Shown piece by piece: positions 14,507 to 25,001 of a stretch of DNA of 31,356 nucleotides. The notes beneath the pieces were generated by a model. The model made no database searches and was not told the origin of the DNA. It saw only the letters and a list, made by a program, of their open reading frames with translations. Position 1 is the first letter of the stretch. Each line of letters opens with the position of its first letter. Source of the stretch: a virus (lineage: Duplodnaviria; Caudoviricetes); IMG/VR virus record IMGVR_UViG_3300020045_008438, positions 1 to 31,356 of that record. One strand, 5' to 3'. A program made the translations under genes and the position numbers.

Positions 14507-17500
14507 TCATGGGTGAGATGCTTCGAGCGCACTCAGGCGTGTGTCTATCGCGTCAACCTTGTTTTCAAGTTGGTTTATTCGTTTCTTCAGTTGCCGGTTT
14601 TCCCTCTCTGTCTCTCGCGCGAACTGCCACAGATACGGAATCAGCCGAGTATCAGAAAACAACAGGGTGGTTTCTGAGGTTTTGCGATCTGTGTGTGATG
14701 TCACGGCTTCGGGAATTACAGGCAACACCTCTTGCGCGATAAAGCCCTGAATTGTCTGGGATGTTGCGTCTCCGCGTCGCCAGTACTGGCGCATGGGAAG
14801 CGCACGGATTTTGTCAGCAGCAACAATGGTTGACGTAGTAATGCCCGATTTTGTTCGCGAGTCCGAAACCCTATTCCATGCTAACGCGCCATTGTCCCAA
14901 TAGCCGTAGCCGACAAGCCCGCCGTCGCCATCATAGACGTCGATGAAATTGTTGTCCTTCGTGGTCGTTTGCGCGGCCATGCCGGATTGTATTTTTATCC
15001 CCTGATACGCGAGCGAGCCAGAAGACGCCACGGAGTTTGAGAACGTCGCAACGTAGCCGGTGAACCCGCTCCCGCCCGTGCCGAGCGCCATAACCGGCGT
15101 ATATGCGTAGTTTGCGGACAGAGCAGACACCCCCGCGCTTGGAGTAACCGTAATTCCGCCGTTGCCCGTTACGGTAAGGGCGGCCTCAAGATCGACGGCT
15201 CCGACCAGATGAGACGTGCCTTTAACTTTGAAGTTTGTGCCGATTGTCTGCGAAGACAAAGCATCTATGCGCCCGTCGAATTTTGACGTGCCCTTATTTC
15301 TGAATCCGTTAGTGGACGGACTCGCCGGAGACAATGTCAGAGTAGTCATGTCGCACCTGCCCGCGACTTTCGCAGACCCGTTAATTTTGGCGTTGGACGT
15401 TGCTGTAACAGACGTGAGGTCGGATCGTCCGTCAACCTCCAACGTGCCGGACGTGGCGAGCGACCCGGACGCATTCAGAATGTTAAACATTGGCGAGTCA
15501 TAGGACGAATATACATCGAGCGTGTTGTTAGTGCCAGCGCGAGAATTATAGAGCGTCGATACCTGAGACGCCGAGACGGCATAGGGATAGCATCGGAAAT
15601 TATCCATCTTGCCATAGCCCCAACCCGTTGCTGCACTGAGAGTGCCAAGGAACCAGTTAGACCCGTTGGCCATGCTGCCGACAAAAGCGGCGTTGGTTGT
15701 TTGCAAAGACACTGCTCCGTCAACATACCATGTCAGAGTGGATCCGCTACGAGTCAGAACAAAGTTGTGCCAGAGATAGTCATTTATGTTGGTCAGAATT
15801 TTCGTGAACGTCACGCCCCCCGCATAGGCAGTTATGTTTATTCTGTCCTGCCCAGAAGCATGAATCTGATTTATATCGATCCCGTTATTAGCCGGAGACG
15901 TAACACGTTTGTACATGATGCGCCTGCCTGCCGCCGTGAAGGACGTGTTGTCCGTATTCCACCAAACCGACACGGTGAAATCGTGATTCGCTTTCAGAAA
16001 ATCTTCGCCGAAGTCCGCGCCAAGATTTACATAGTCATTCACGCCGTCGAACAAAAGCCCGTTGCCGATCAGACCCGTGGTTGTGCGCTCTTCGGCTGCG
16101 GTAGTTATGCCTGAAAATGTTTTCGAGGTTGCCGGATCGTTCCAGTGAAACGACGAATCCGTGAGGTTTTTTGATACCGAAGAAATGGTATCCTCGAATT
16201 TATAATATGCGTATTCAGTTTGTTTATGACCCCAGTCAAAAGCGTCCGGGTTGCTGACCGAGATGCCGCCACGGGGAATAATCAATTCACCTGAGTTTGT
16301 CAGCCTCATATTTGTGTTGGTTTTCGTTCCATCGAGGAACGTTGCGCAACCGGAACCGTAACCAGAGACACCAAACCAAAACCCGTTGCTCGACCCCTCT
16401 GCCTTGTATTGCGAGAGGTTTTGAGAGCCCGTCGTCTCCCAATACGCGATATTGTCATCGTCGGTAGATCGCACGTTGAGCACGTTGGATAGCGAAGAGG
16501 ATGTTGCACCAAGACCGAGTTTGCCCGCGAACGAGTTGGAGCCAGTGGCGCGAGAGGTAAATGTTCCCGTTGTGTCCACGTCGCCGCCTGCCGTTATCGT
16601 GGAGGTGGTGAAAAACGCTCCGACGAATTCCGCCGCCGAGACTTTGCCCGTGACATCGAGGTTGCCCGTTACGGTTGTGTCATCATCGATGATCGTTGTT
16701 CCGTTTATGCTGGTCGCCGATCCAGCCTGCCCGATCTCGACCGTTGTGGCGTTGGAGCCGACGGCAAGCGACGTTGCTGGGACGCTGATCGTTGCGGTCT
16801 TGACGCCGCCGGTCAGTGTCGAGAGTCCGGTAACTCCAAGGGTTTCGCCGATTGTCGTTGCAGAGGTTATCGCCACGTCGCCGCCGATGTTGACTTTGTC
16901 GAGAGAGGCGTCCACTTGCAGCATGTTGGTTATATGGTCAGAGGAAATTATCGTGTCATAATCCCCAGCGGAGACGTTTAGCCGCGTGCCCTGATTGACT
17001 TCGAACTGAGATGTAGGTGCGACTTTGCCGACGGCCATATTTCCGCCGATAATTGACATTGCGTTGTCGGCTGTTTCGGTTGTAGCCCCTACGCTGTTAA
17101 GCGAAATTTGCACTGAATTGTCTCCACCAACACGAGCCGCACGCCCTATGCCTATGGAGTAAGCGCCTTTTATTCTTGCCTCCGACCCGATAGCGACCCC
17201 ATACTGGCCGTCCACATCGTTACTATACCCCAGCGCTGTAGCCGCGTTTCCATCCGTGCTATTAAGATAGCCGATAGACACAGATTGAGATCCGGTAGAG
17301 TATGTTGTTCCTATCGCAACACTACTGCCGCCTCCCGCTATTGCCCCATTGCCGAGAGCGAACGACGGATTAGCGTTTGCTCGTGAGTTAAAACCGATAG
17401 AAACGGCATTGTAATTATCCGCGCGTGCGTTATACCCAATAGCCGCCGAATAATCATAGGGAGCCCAGGAAAGTTTTCCAACGGCGAATGAATACGGCCC

Positions 17501-18022
17501 GCTTGTATGGCAATCGTTGCCAAACGCAAATGACCCTAACCCGTTCGCGCTGCTCGATGTCCCCCCCGCGAATGCGTAATTTCCCGCCTCATTATACGCT
17601 CCGATTACCGCCGCGTAATCGTCGGATGTCCGGTTATTGTTCCCTGCGCGAAACGTGTAGTTATGCGTGTCCGTAGTGTGGTTCGACCCGAACAGCATCG
17701 AGCCGGTGTTGTCATCGAGCCGAGCCGACAGATCGCCGCCAATAATGCCCTCGTTGTTATATTGCAGCGTGCCGTGCGCCCCCGCTGCCGTTGCCGTGGA
17801 TAGCACGGTTCCAGCCGCGCCCGCCGCCAACTCTGCCAGCGTGATGCCCGTATTCGAGCCGTCGGAAAAAGTCATGTTGCCGGAGCCGACCCAGATTTCT
17901 CCAACTCCGGTGTTCGGCTTATTACCGTTCAGCATCGAGATTCCGCGCGTCCCTGTATCAATCGCATAGGCTATTCCACAAATGGCCACGATGCAGAGGA
18001 TAATTACAAGTTTTCTTTTCAT
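14507..18022 (-). CDS. Tail fibre/adhesin: signal peptide, YadA-like head repeats, LamG domain, C-terminal S74 intramolecular chaperone
   Basis: AAGGGAG RBS before ATG 18022; S.AIG....A 14-mer repeats (about 17700-17100); LFDGVNDYV, W..F.LTR...YVDG, G.MDNFR.Y LamG (about 16216-15545); SDSRTK..I, GFIAQEV..V.PEAV and coiled coil (about 14866-14507). Confidence 0.88.
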   Translation of the reverse strand: MKRKLVIILCIVAICGIAYAIDTGTRGISMLNGNKPNTGVGEIWVGSGNMTFSDGSNTGITLAELAAGAAGTVLSTATAAGAHGTLQYNNEGIIGGDLSARLDDNTGSMLFGSNHTTDTHNYTFRAGNNNRTSDDYAAVIGAYNEAGNYAFAGGTSSSANGLGSFAFGNDCHTSGPYSFAVGKLSWAPYDYSAAIGYNARADNYNAVSIGFNSRANANPSFALGNGAIAGGGSSVAIGTTYSTGSQSVSIGYLNSTDGNAATALGYSNDVDGQYGVAIGSEARIKGAYSIGIGRAARVGGDNSVQISLNSVGATTETADNAMSIIGGNMAVGKVAPTSQFEVNQGTRLNVSAGDYDTIISSDHITNMLQVDASLDKVNIGGDVAITSATTIGETLGVTGLSTLTGGVKTATISVPATSLAVGSNATTVEIGQAGSATSINGTTIIDDDTTVTGNLDVTGKVSAAEFVGAFFTTSTITAGGDVDTTGTFTSRATGSNSFAGKLGLGATSSSLSNVLNVRSTDDDNIAYWETTGSQNLSQYKAEGSSNGFWFGVSGYGSGCATFLDGTKTNTNMRLTNSGELIIPRGGISVSNPDAFDWGHKQTEYAYYKFEDTISSVSKNLTDSSFHWNDPATSKTFSGITTAAEERTTTGLIGNGLLFDGVNDYVNLGADFGEDFLKANHDFTVSVWWNTDNTSFTAAGRRIMYKRVTSPANNGIDINQIHASGQDRINITAYAGGVTFTKILTNINDYLWHNFVLTRSGSTLTWYVDGAVSLQTTNAAFVGSMANGSNWFLGTLSAATGWGYGKMDNFRCYPYAVSASQVSTLYNSRAGTNNTLDVYSSYDSPMFNILNASGSLATSGTLEVDGRSDLTSVTATSNAKINGSAKVAGRCDMTTLTLSPASPSTNGFRNKGTSKFDGRIDALSSQTIGTNFKVKGTSHLVGAVDLEAALTVTGNGGITVTPSAGVSALSANYAYTPVMALGTGGSGFTGYVATFSNSVASSGSLAYQGIKIQSGMAAQTTTKDNNFIDVYDGDGGLVGYGYWDNGALAWNRVSDSRTKSGITTSTIVAADKIRALPMRQYWRRGDATSQTIQGFIAQEVLPVIPEAVTSHTDRKTSETTLLFSDTRLIPYLWQFARETERENRQLKKRINQLENKVDAIDTRLSALEASHP

Positions 18023-18035
18023 GTTGTTTGCTCCC

Positions 18036-21000
18036 TTACAAAGAGGTTTCCCATATTCTGCCAACGTAAAGTTTCCCGTGGCTCTGCCAGTCTATCGCGC
18101 CGCCTTCGAGCTTCATCAGATACCTGTCGCCGCCATCCGCCGAAAACATGAGGTCGTTCCCGACCAGCCCAATAGGATCGCCCCCCTGCCCGCTGGCGGT
18201 CGGGAAATCCGATGACTCCGAGACGCCCCCGTAACATTCGAGCGACCCATTAGGTTTGAGTTTCGCGGCGATGTATGTCCCGGCACCGTAGGGCGGGAAA
18301 TCATTCGTCGCCCCAAACCATATCCCGCCGCCAATCTCATCATATTCAACCAAAAGCGGCAATGGTGAATCATAACCGGAGTCAGTCATTCTCGTTGGGC
18401 GTGGCAGGTTGCGCTCTTCTACCTGACCGCGCAGGCATAGGGTAGCCGCCGAAGCGATCGAGCCGCCAGACCAATAGGAGGTCATTTTGATTGACATGCA
18501 GAGAGTGCCGCCGATCCAGAAATTGAGGGCGTCTGTAGAGCCTCGAACATATTCGACGTATGTTCCATCGTTGAAATAGACGATCTTGCCTGAGACGCCG
18601 CCGGAGGCGGCTTCCACCGACGTTATTTTCTGCCAGTTCCGCGCCCGACCCGAAGCAATGCCAACCTGCAAGGCGAGCCTCGCTCCGGTTTCGTCGTACT
18701 CCAGCCCCATCACGCGGCCAACGGTTCCGTTCATGCCGCATAGCGGGTCGGTTATGCTGACCGAATCTACGCCGCATTCGAGTTCAAGCCCACGCCCAGC
18801 CGAGACAACATACGATGTGAGCGCAATCGGCCATGCAAACACGTTGCCGAGCCGCTCCGCAAGCGTGGCCGCGAGCGTTGCCGAAGAAAGCCACTTCGCG
18901 AAATACTCCGCGCGGCGCACACCCCAAGGCTGCTCTTGCGAAAACGTTTCATAGAGCGAAACCTTCTTGTTTGTGTTGTCTGAATTTATGTCATAGTAGA
19001 GGTCAATCTCGTTGGCGATCAAGCCGAAATCGGTTGCCTCTTCCGCTGGGATGTCATCGGCGATCCTATCCGCATACGTCAACGCGCGTTGCACGTCCGC
19101 CGCGTCGGATGATAGCCCAGCGAAAAATTTGATCTTTCCGGAGTCTATCGTCCACCTGATGCCCGCGTCCGTGACAGCCTCGGCCAGCAACGCGCCGAGA
19201 GTTATAGGCTGGTAAAGAATGCGCGAGAACACCCACGCCTCGCCCGCGTCCGTCTCCGCCTCATTTACCGCCGACGTGAGAGACGTTGTATCGTAATCAT
19301 CAGTAGTCAGATCGCCAAACCGTGTGGAGTCTGTGAGCAGCGTGGCGATTGTGGTATCGGAGGTCACACCCTGACCGCCGAGCCCAACGCAATCGAGCAG
19401 GAGTGTCGCGTCCTTGTCGCGCATCGGCGTAATGTCGGTCGAGACTTCTTCGACCTCAAAACCAATATCGTAAATGTTCAATTCAAGATTCTGTTCTTTC
19501 TTGGGGAATATCACGCCGACGTTTAGCGCCGCGTTGCCGGTGGAAAACAGATTCCATCCGTGCCGCCGCGCAATGTCGCTGATGTCCATTTTCTGGACGG
19601 CGCGAGAGGAAAGCGTTTTGATCTCGCCGTCAAGTGCGGTTGTCGCGCCAGGCAGGGCAACGGAGCCGCCGATAATGTGTAGTTTTAGCCGCGTTACAAA
19701 CACAAGGGCAGAATTTATTTGCTCCATCAAAGTGCCCATATCAAGACTGCCGTCAGTTTGCGCGACGGCATATGTTTCAACGTAGAAACGCGCAGCAAGT
19801 ATTTCCGACGCTGATAACGTTCTTGTAAATCGCTTAGAAATTGAGCCAAAAAATTCGACCGAAGGGTGTTCTTTGCGAGTAAAATCTGTCCGCCCTGTTA
19901 TGCCATTACCAAAATCATATGCGATAGCAATTCCGTGGCTGTAATACTCCCCAGTGCCGCCGAATTCAAATTGAATTGTTGTGTTCCCGTCAGGAACAGA
20001 AACATCAGCAACGGCCATGTTCAGACGCAGGGCGAGGGTTATCGATCTAACAACGCCCCCAATCACTTCTCCGTCAGACGCTCCATCGCTCCCGATAATA
20101 GAGTTGCCATCTGCCCCAAATGGGAATGCCCCGCCCTCTGATACCAGATAACAATTCGGCCACGATTGCACAATCGTTGTGTGATCTACGCCCCCGCTGC
20201 GTATGGTGTATTGCGTTGATCCTTCTCCTGAGACATAAGCGAGATCGTATGTGTTGTCAACTGTTTGGGCTGCATCTGCATCCTCAAACAACTCGCGCGA
20301 GTCATCCGTTGCCGGATTCCCGCCTTCGGGATAGAGTTTAGAATCGCCAGTTATATCGGTCGGCTCGGTGATGTACTCCGAAAATACTCGCACAACACGC
20401 CCACCAGTGCCCGCGCCCGTTCCGATTCCACCGTCCAAAGAAAAACTCGTGGCGTCAATTTTCGTTATCTGCCATTGAGAGTTTGCGGCATCGTTGCCGG
20501 TGACGCCTGTAATTTCGCAGAAATCCCCAGTCTCTAAATAATGCGCGGCGGTAGTGGTAACAACAATCGGATTCGCGTTCGTCGCCGTGGCAATAGGTAT
20601 CAGGCACGCGGAGTTGTTGCCCGGCACAACAGACCAAAACGGGCGAAACGTGCCGACTGGCCACACCTTGTTGGCCGGAAGCAACGCCGCGTACTTGAGA
20701 TATGCCAAGCATTTCTTTATAGTTCCAGTCCGACCCACCATGCTCGTGTTTGTGCGCACCGCAAGCACGCGCTTGGGGCCGGTAGTTGTCACATAGATAC
20801 CGACATAAGTTCCGCCGCCGGTATAAGCGCCGTTGCCAGTAGTGCCGTCGAGAGTGAACCGCTTATTGTCAACTTTGGTTATAACATGCGTTCCGTTTGC
20901 GTTTGTGCATCCACCAACGCCAGCGATTCGCACTGAGTCGCCGTCTGCCAGGCCGTGATTATCCGATGCCGTAACCAGTATCGGAGTCTGGTTTGTAACC

Positions 21001-22457
21001 GTCTCGATGTTTTTCGCCTCAAGGTCGATCGGCACCATTCGCCCGCCTGACGTGTAAGCCGCACCAAGTCCGTCGGATCCGTCGAGCGAAACGCGCTTAA
21101 CCGTATCGACGGTAACTGTCCACTCGCCATTCGCCGCCGTTGTACCAAGCACTCCAGACACAAGCACTTCGTCGCCTGTGGTAAGTCCATGCGGCGCCGC
21201 CGTTGTGATGTAGATCGGAGCCGCCGATGTTACCGCTGTAATTTTCTGGGGGTCAAGTGCGCCTTGCACTGTAGGATCACCAGCGGCGCCGGCAGGCTCA
21301 TCGTCATCGTATGATTCTGTGATAGGTGTGGAGTCGTCGCGAATGAGGGCAAACGTTGCATCCCGAGACGCGATGTCAGTATCGACAGCGTTTTCGGCGT
21401 CAGCAACAGTGTTCCAACGATTCCGCCGGAACTCCATCGGGGTTTCTGCGTCTTTTAGGTCTATTGTTTTAGCCGTTGCAGTTGCCGAGAGTTTGCCAGG
21501 CATCGAGCCGGATGGAACAGTGATGTATGTCGCAACAGTTCCATTCAGAGTAGGCTCTGTTTTCCACGCCGCGACATAGTCATACAAAGCGCCCTCCGCC
21601 GTGCGCACGTTGGTCACTGTGTCAATCGGGCAATCCGCCGCGACGAAAACCACATCGGCAATTTCCTCGACTACCGTACCCCACGGGTGAGACGTTGCCG
21701 CCGTACCCGCCTCGCCCCGCGTGACCGTGAGGGTGTCGACAGAGCGAGTGAACGAAACTTTTTCGGAGTCAATCCACGCGACGCCAGACGCCGATAGTTG
21801 CGAGCCGTCAGCAACCTCAATCTCTGTCTCTGTGTCCGTTATCGATTCATCGAGCGTCGTTTGCGGAGCCGACGATATTTTGATGGCCTGCAATGCGTCA
21901 ACCGCCCCGATCACCAACGGAATTGTTTTGCCGCATGACTCCGACGGGGCATTCGGAAGGATCGTTTTTTCGACCGCGCGTCCGATGATTTTGTCTGTTA
22001 TCGCGGCAAGCATATCAACCGCTTCAAACGTTACCGATTGCCGCCCGACTACAAAGCGCGAGATGCGATAGCGCCCCAGCGTCAACCAGTCCGCCGACGT
22101 TAGCGAGCCGGACGCGGGCTGAAACACTTTGTAAAACGTTACCGTCAATCCAACAGGCGTTATCGATTCCACGCGCGACTTGATATTCGGAATTTCATTG
22201 GCGTCGATTAGAAGTGAAAACTGCGCGGTTTGCGACGGGATTGTTTCGGCAAGCGAAAGATCGAGCCGTTTCGGAGCATCGGAAAACGAGAGAAGAGTTT
22301 TGGAGAAAGTCTTTGAAGCGTCGGGATTGAAGTCTTTTGCAGGATCGCGGTCGCAGTAATATCGCGTGGCGTCCGCCCACTCAATCGCAACGATGCGAAA
22401 TGCGGAATGTCCGGTTGCGGTTTTCTGCGCGGCTTGACCTGATGTGAGAGTCCGCAT
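18036..22457 (-). CDS. Large tail tip/hub protein with inserted beta-rich modules
   Basis: 1473 aa, two genes after the tape measure; GKTIPLVIG, IANEI.L.Y and S...WGVR tail-hub motifs; three E1-FCCH-like repeats. Confidence 0.8.
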   Translation of the reverse strand: MRTLTSGQAAQKTATGHSAFRIVAIEWADATRYYCDRDPAKDFNPDASKTFSKTLLSFSDAPKRLDLSLAETIPSQTAQFSLLIDANEIPNIKSRVESITPVGLTVTFYKVFQPASGSLTSADWLTLGRYRISRFVVGRQSVTFEAVDMLAAITDKIIGRAVEKTILPNAPSESCGKTIPLVIGAVDALQAIKISSAPQTTLDESITDTETEIEVADGSQLSASGVAWIDSEKVSFTRSVDTLTVTRGEAGTAATSHPWGTVVEEIADVVFVAADCPIDTVTNVRTAEGALYDYVAAWKTEPTLNGTVATYITVPSGSMPGKLSATATAKTIDLKDAETPMEFRRNRWNTVADAENAVDTDIASRDATFALIRDDSTPITESYDDDEPAGAAGDPTVQGALDPQKITAVTSAAPIYITTAAPHGLTTGDEVLVSGVLGTTAANGEWTVTVDTVKRVSLDGSDGLGAAYTSGGRMVPIDLEAKNIETVTNQTPILVTASDNHGLADGDSVRIAGVGGCTNANGTHVITKVDNKRFTLDGTTGNGAYTGGGTYVGIYVTTTGPKRVLAVRTNTSMVGRTGTIKKCLAYLKYAALLPANKVWPVGTFRPFWSVVPGNNSACLIPIATATNANPIVVTTTAAHYLETGDFCEITGVTGNDAANSQWQITKIDATSFSLDGGIGTGAGTGGRVVRVFSEYITEPTDITGDSKLYPEGGNPATDDSRELFEDADAAQTVDNTYDLAYVSGEGSTQYTIRSGGVDHTTIVQSWPNCYLVSEGGAFPFGADGNSIIGSDGASDGEVIGGVVRSITLALRLNMAVADVSVPDGNTTIQFEFGGTGEYYSHGIAIAYDFGNGITGRTDFTRKEHPSVEFFGSISKRFTRTLSASEILAARFYVETYAVAQTDGSLDMGTLMEQINSALVFVTRLKLHIIGGSVALPGATTALDGEIKTLSSRAVQKMDISDIARRHGWNLFSTGNAALNVGVIFPKKEQNLELNIYDIGFEVEEVSTDITPMRDKDATLLLDCVGLGGQGVTSDTTIATLLTDSTRFGDLTTDDYDTTSLTSAVNEAETDAGEAWVFSRILYQPITLGALLAEAVTDAGIRWTIDSGKIKFFAGLSSDAADVQRALTYADRIADDIPAEEATDFGLIANEIDLYYDINSDNTNKKVSLYETFSQEQPWGVRRAEYFAKWLSSATLAATLAERLGNVFAWPIALTSYVVSAGRGLELECGVDSVSITDPLCGMNGTVGRVMGLEYDETGARLALQVGIASGRARNWQKITSVEAASGGVSGKIVYFNDGTYVEYVRGSTDALNFWIGGTLCMSIKMTSYWSGGSIASAATLCLRGQVEERNLPRPTRMTDSGYDSPLPLLVEYDEIGGGIWFGATNDFPPYGAGTYIAAKLKPNGSLECYGGVSESSDFPTASGQGGDPIGLVGNDLMFSADGGDRYLMKLEGGAIDWQSHGKLYVGRIWETSL

Positions 22458-22468
22458 TCGGAAGTCCC

Positions 22469-23122
22469 TTACGTTGCAACATAAGCATCAGTATCTTCGA
22501 TCAAAAATTGAGCCGAGAACGAAATCATCATTTGGTCATAGTCCCTCGCCTCGATTGCTCCAACGAGACACAGTTTATCGACTTTATAGGTTGCGGTTGT
22601 TTTGTCGTACCACCCCATAGCCACGCGGTCAAGTCCGTCGCGCCGGTGCGATTCAAACAAGTGTACGAACGCCGCATAATCAGTAGGGTCACATTGCACA
22701 AAATCCAACAAGAGACTTTTCGCGGAGTCTTTGAATTTGTAAGGAATTCCGTCCGACGCGCCGGACACGAGATCGAGCACGCCGCGATCATACGTTCTTG
22801 TGATTCCGTCCGATAACCCGACGCCGTATTTTATGTATGCGTATTCGGTCGGCTCCCATATCCATAGCCCTGTTATCGGCGTTGTCTGCAACGGGATAGC
22901 AACGCTAATCCCCGCGTCGCTGGCCGCCGTGCAAAGTCCAAGAAACTGAATGTTGTTAAACGCCTCATCCCAACAAAATATAGGATCGTTAACTGCGAGC
23001 ACGCTGGACGTGTTGTCGAACACAAGCGCCGTGTCGCCCGCATCGGGTTTGCTGCCGCCCGCGAGATAATGCGTGTTTTCTATGCCGTATGCGAAAATAG
23101 GGGAGTGGGGAGAAACCGCCAT
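22469..23122 (-). CDS. Distal tail protein-like
   Basis: Position between tape measure and tail tip; 217 aa from ATG 23122. Confidence 0.6.
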   Translation of the reverse strand: MAVSPHSPIFAYGIENTHYLAGGSKPDAGDTALVFDNTSSVLAVNDPIFCWDEAFNNIQFLGLCTAASDAGISVAIPLQTTPITGLWIWEPTEYAYIKYGVGLSDGITRTYDRGVLDLVSGASDGIPYKFKDSAKSLLLDFVQCDPTDYAAFVHLFESHRRDGLDRVAMGWYDKTTATYKVDKLCLVGAIEARDYDQMMISFSAQFLIEDTDAYVAT

Positions 23123-23126
23123 AGTG

Positions 23127-24758
23127 CTACGCCGTCCCCGGCACCGCAAGGCCACCGCGTGTCATTTTGCCAGTTCGCCCAAGCCGCTCTATCGCGCCGA
23201 TTACCGACCGCTGCAACTGTTGCGGCGACAGCCCCGAACCGTTTATCGTTACGTTCACATTTCCGAAGGAGTTCCCAGCGGGAGCGGGCGAAGAGCCACT
23301 TGATCGAACAACAGATAATTCTTCTGACGGCGGCAAGCCAACGCCGCGAAAATTCATGACAGGCGCAGACCAGTTTTCTGTGGCGCGACTTTTCCAAAAT
23401 GCGTCCCATACTCTTTTGAAATCTTCGAAGGCCTTTCGACTTTTATTTATCGCAAGAACTATCGCGTCGAAAAACCAATCTATAGTTTTTCTATATGGTG
23501 GAAGTTTGTCAACAAGACGAGATAGCCAGTTGGTTGTCCAGTTCTTTTTGAAAAACATCTCGAACAAAGGCGTGAATGCCGCTGAAATAAGTATCAGGGG
23601 GGACTCCAGCAAAGCTAGCGCGGTTCCTATTGTGCCGAGAGTGACAACAAACGCGGCAATAACTTTTGACCACGGCTTAAATGATTCTATAAACTTCTGC
23701 CAGTGCCCCTTTACCTGTTTAATTATCTTTCCAAGATTTGTTTCCCATTCTTTTGTGCCGTCTAAGTTCGTTTTTATTGCGCCTTGTGTCAACCATTCGA
23801 GTTTGTCGGAAATCCATATAAGGGCTTGCGATGCAAATTCCTTGAGAGCCGTCCACGCCGGGCCAAGCGCCTCTTTTAACTCTAATCCGATAGCCTCCAA
23901 CGAGTTTTTTATTCTCGTCAAACTCGGCTCGTTTGTGTCGAGCCACTCGCGAAATTCAATAAGTTTTTCCTTAACCCATTTAAGGGCCTCTTTGAAGACT
24001 GGGCCAAAGATTGTTCCTATCGTGTTTGAAATTCCCTGCATCCCATCAAAGACTTCTTGCAGCGCGTCGCCAAGATCATCAGCGCCAGCCGCCGCCTCGT
24101 CCGACATGACAAGCCCAAGGTTACGCGCCTCTTCTGCGAGCGCGTCAAACCCTCCGCTTGCCTGCATGTCGCGCACAAGAGCCAGAATCTGCATACCACC
24201 GCGCCCGAAAATATCCGTTGCCAGCGCGGTTTGCGTCAACTCATCGCCGACGTTTCCAATCGCCGTCGCGATTTGCAGGAAGGCGGATTCCGGCGAAGCG
24301 CCGCTCAGTTTGCCAAGCGACAGCCCTAACCTCTCGATTGTGGCACCCGCCGTTGCGCTGCCGTTAGATGCGTCGGCTATTACGGACGCCATCTGCTTGA
24401 CGGCGGGAGTAATTGCCGAGAACTCTATCCCCGCCTGCTTCATGGCATACTGTAAAACCGAAAGCGTTTCCGCGCTAAAACCCGTTGCTACAGACGCATC
24501 GTGTATGCCGGATCCATAATCGGCAAAGGACTTTGTCGCCGCTGTGACGAACCCCACCAATGCGGTTCCGGCGGCGGCCATGCCAACCGCAGCGGTTTTT
24601 GCAAAGGACGTTACCGCGCTTGATATATTGCTGTACGCTTTATTGATGTACTTTTCGGCTTGTAGAATTTTCTTCTTGAGGGAATCGTCATCCCCTGCCA
24701 GCACCCACAGAGCGGTTCCGATGACGGTAGTTTTGCCAGTGTTGCGCCGCTTAGCCAT
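23127..24758 (-). CDS. Tape measure protein
   Basis: Ala/Gly-rich helical N-half (TG.SAE.LS.L.YA, A..IFGRGG, A..LGLVMS), Trp-periodic C-half; follows the tail chaperones. Confidence 0.9.
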   Translation of the reverse strand: MAKRRNTGKTTVIGTALWVLAGDDDSLKKKILQAEKYINKAYSNISSAVTSFAKTAAVGMAAAGTALVGFVTAATKSFADYGSGIHDASVATGFSAETLSVLQYAMKQAGIEFSAITPAVKQMASVIADASNGSATAGATIERLGLSLGKLSGASPESAFLQIATAIGNVGDELTQTALATDIFGRGGMQILALVRDMQASGGFDALAEEARNLGLVMSDEAAAGADDLGDALQEVFDGMQGISNTIGTIFGPVFKEALKWVKEKLIEFREWLDTNEPSLTRIKNSLEAIGLELKEALGPAWTALKEFASQALIWISDKLEWLTQGAIKTNLDGTKEWETNLGKIIKQVKGHWQKFIESFKPWSKVIAAFVVTLGTIGTALALLESPLILISAAFTPLFEMFFKKNWTTNWLSRLVDKLPPYRKTIDWFFDAIVLAINKSRKAFEDFKRVWDAFWKSRATENWSAPVMNFRGVGLPPSEELSVVRSSGSSPAPAGNSFGNVNVTINGSGLSPQQLQRSVIGAIERLGRTGKMTRGGLAVPGTA

Positions 24759-24987
24759 TGCCGTGCTCCGCCCTGTATCGTGCCGCCTCTTCGCGCGTCA
24801 TGCGCGGGATTGCCTCGCGTTTGTTCTTGCCGCCCTTGCCAGTGCCGCCCCCTGATTTCATAGCATCTGACTGTTTTTGTTTTCGATCCACAAACGCTTT
24901 CAGCATTATTTCAAGAAACTCTTCGCTCCATGTTTCGAGGATAACGCGCGGGTCTATGTGATACTCAGACGCGCACAACTCAAGCAC
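24751..24987 (-). CDS. Tail assembly chaperone, T segment (likely made as a G-T fusion by -1 frameshift)
   Basis: In the -1 frame relative to the upstream ORF, open from the slippery site at 25068 to 24751; directly precedes the tape measure. Confidence 0.65.
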   Translation of the reverse strand: MLELCASEYHIDPRVILETWSEEFLEIMLKAFVDRKQKQSDAMKSGGGTGKGGKNKREAIPRMTREEAARYRAEHGNG

Positions 24988-25001
24988 TCCAACGAACGCG
25001 C

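Noticed and set aside
14507-22457. Diversity-generating retroelement targeting the fibre or tip
   Set aside because: No reverse transcriptase and no TR/VR-like near-duplicate noticed by eye.
23380-24050. AT-richer stretch as a foreign insertion
   Set aside because: Explained by the Lys/Trp/Ile/Phe-rich periodic half of the tape measure; the frame is continuous.
23167-24519. 450-aa + strand ORF
   Set aside because: Antisense shadow of the tape measure gene; Ser/Pro/Ala-rich with no motifs.
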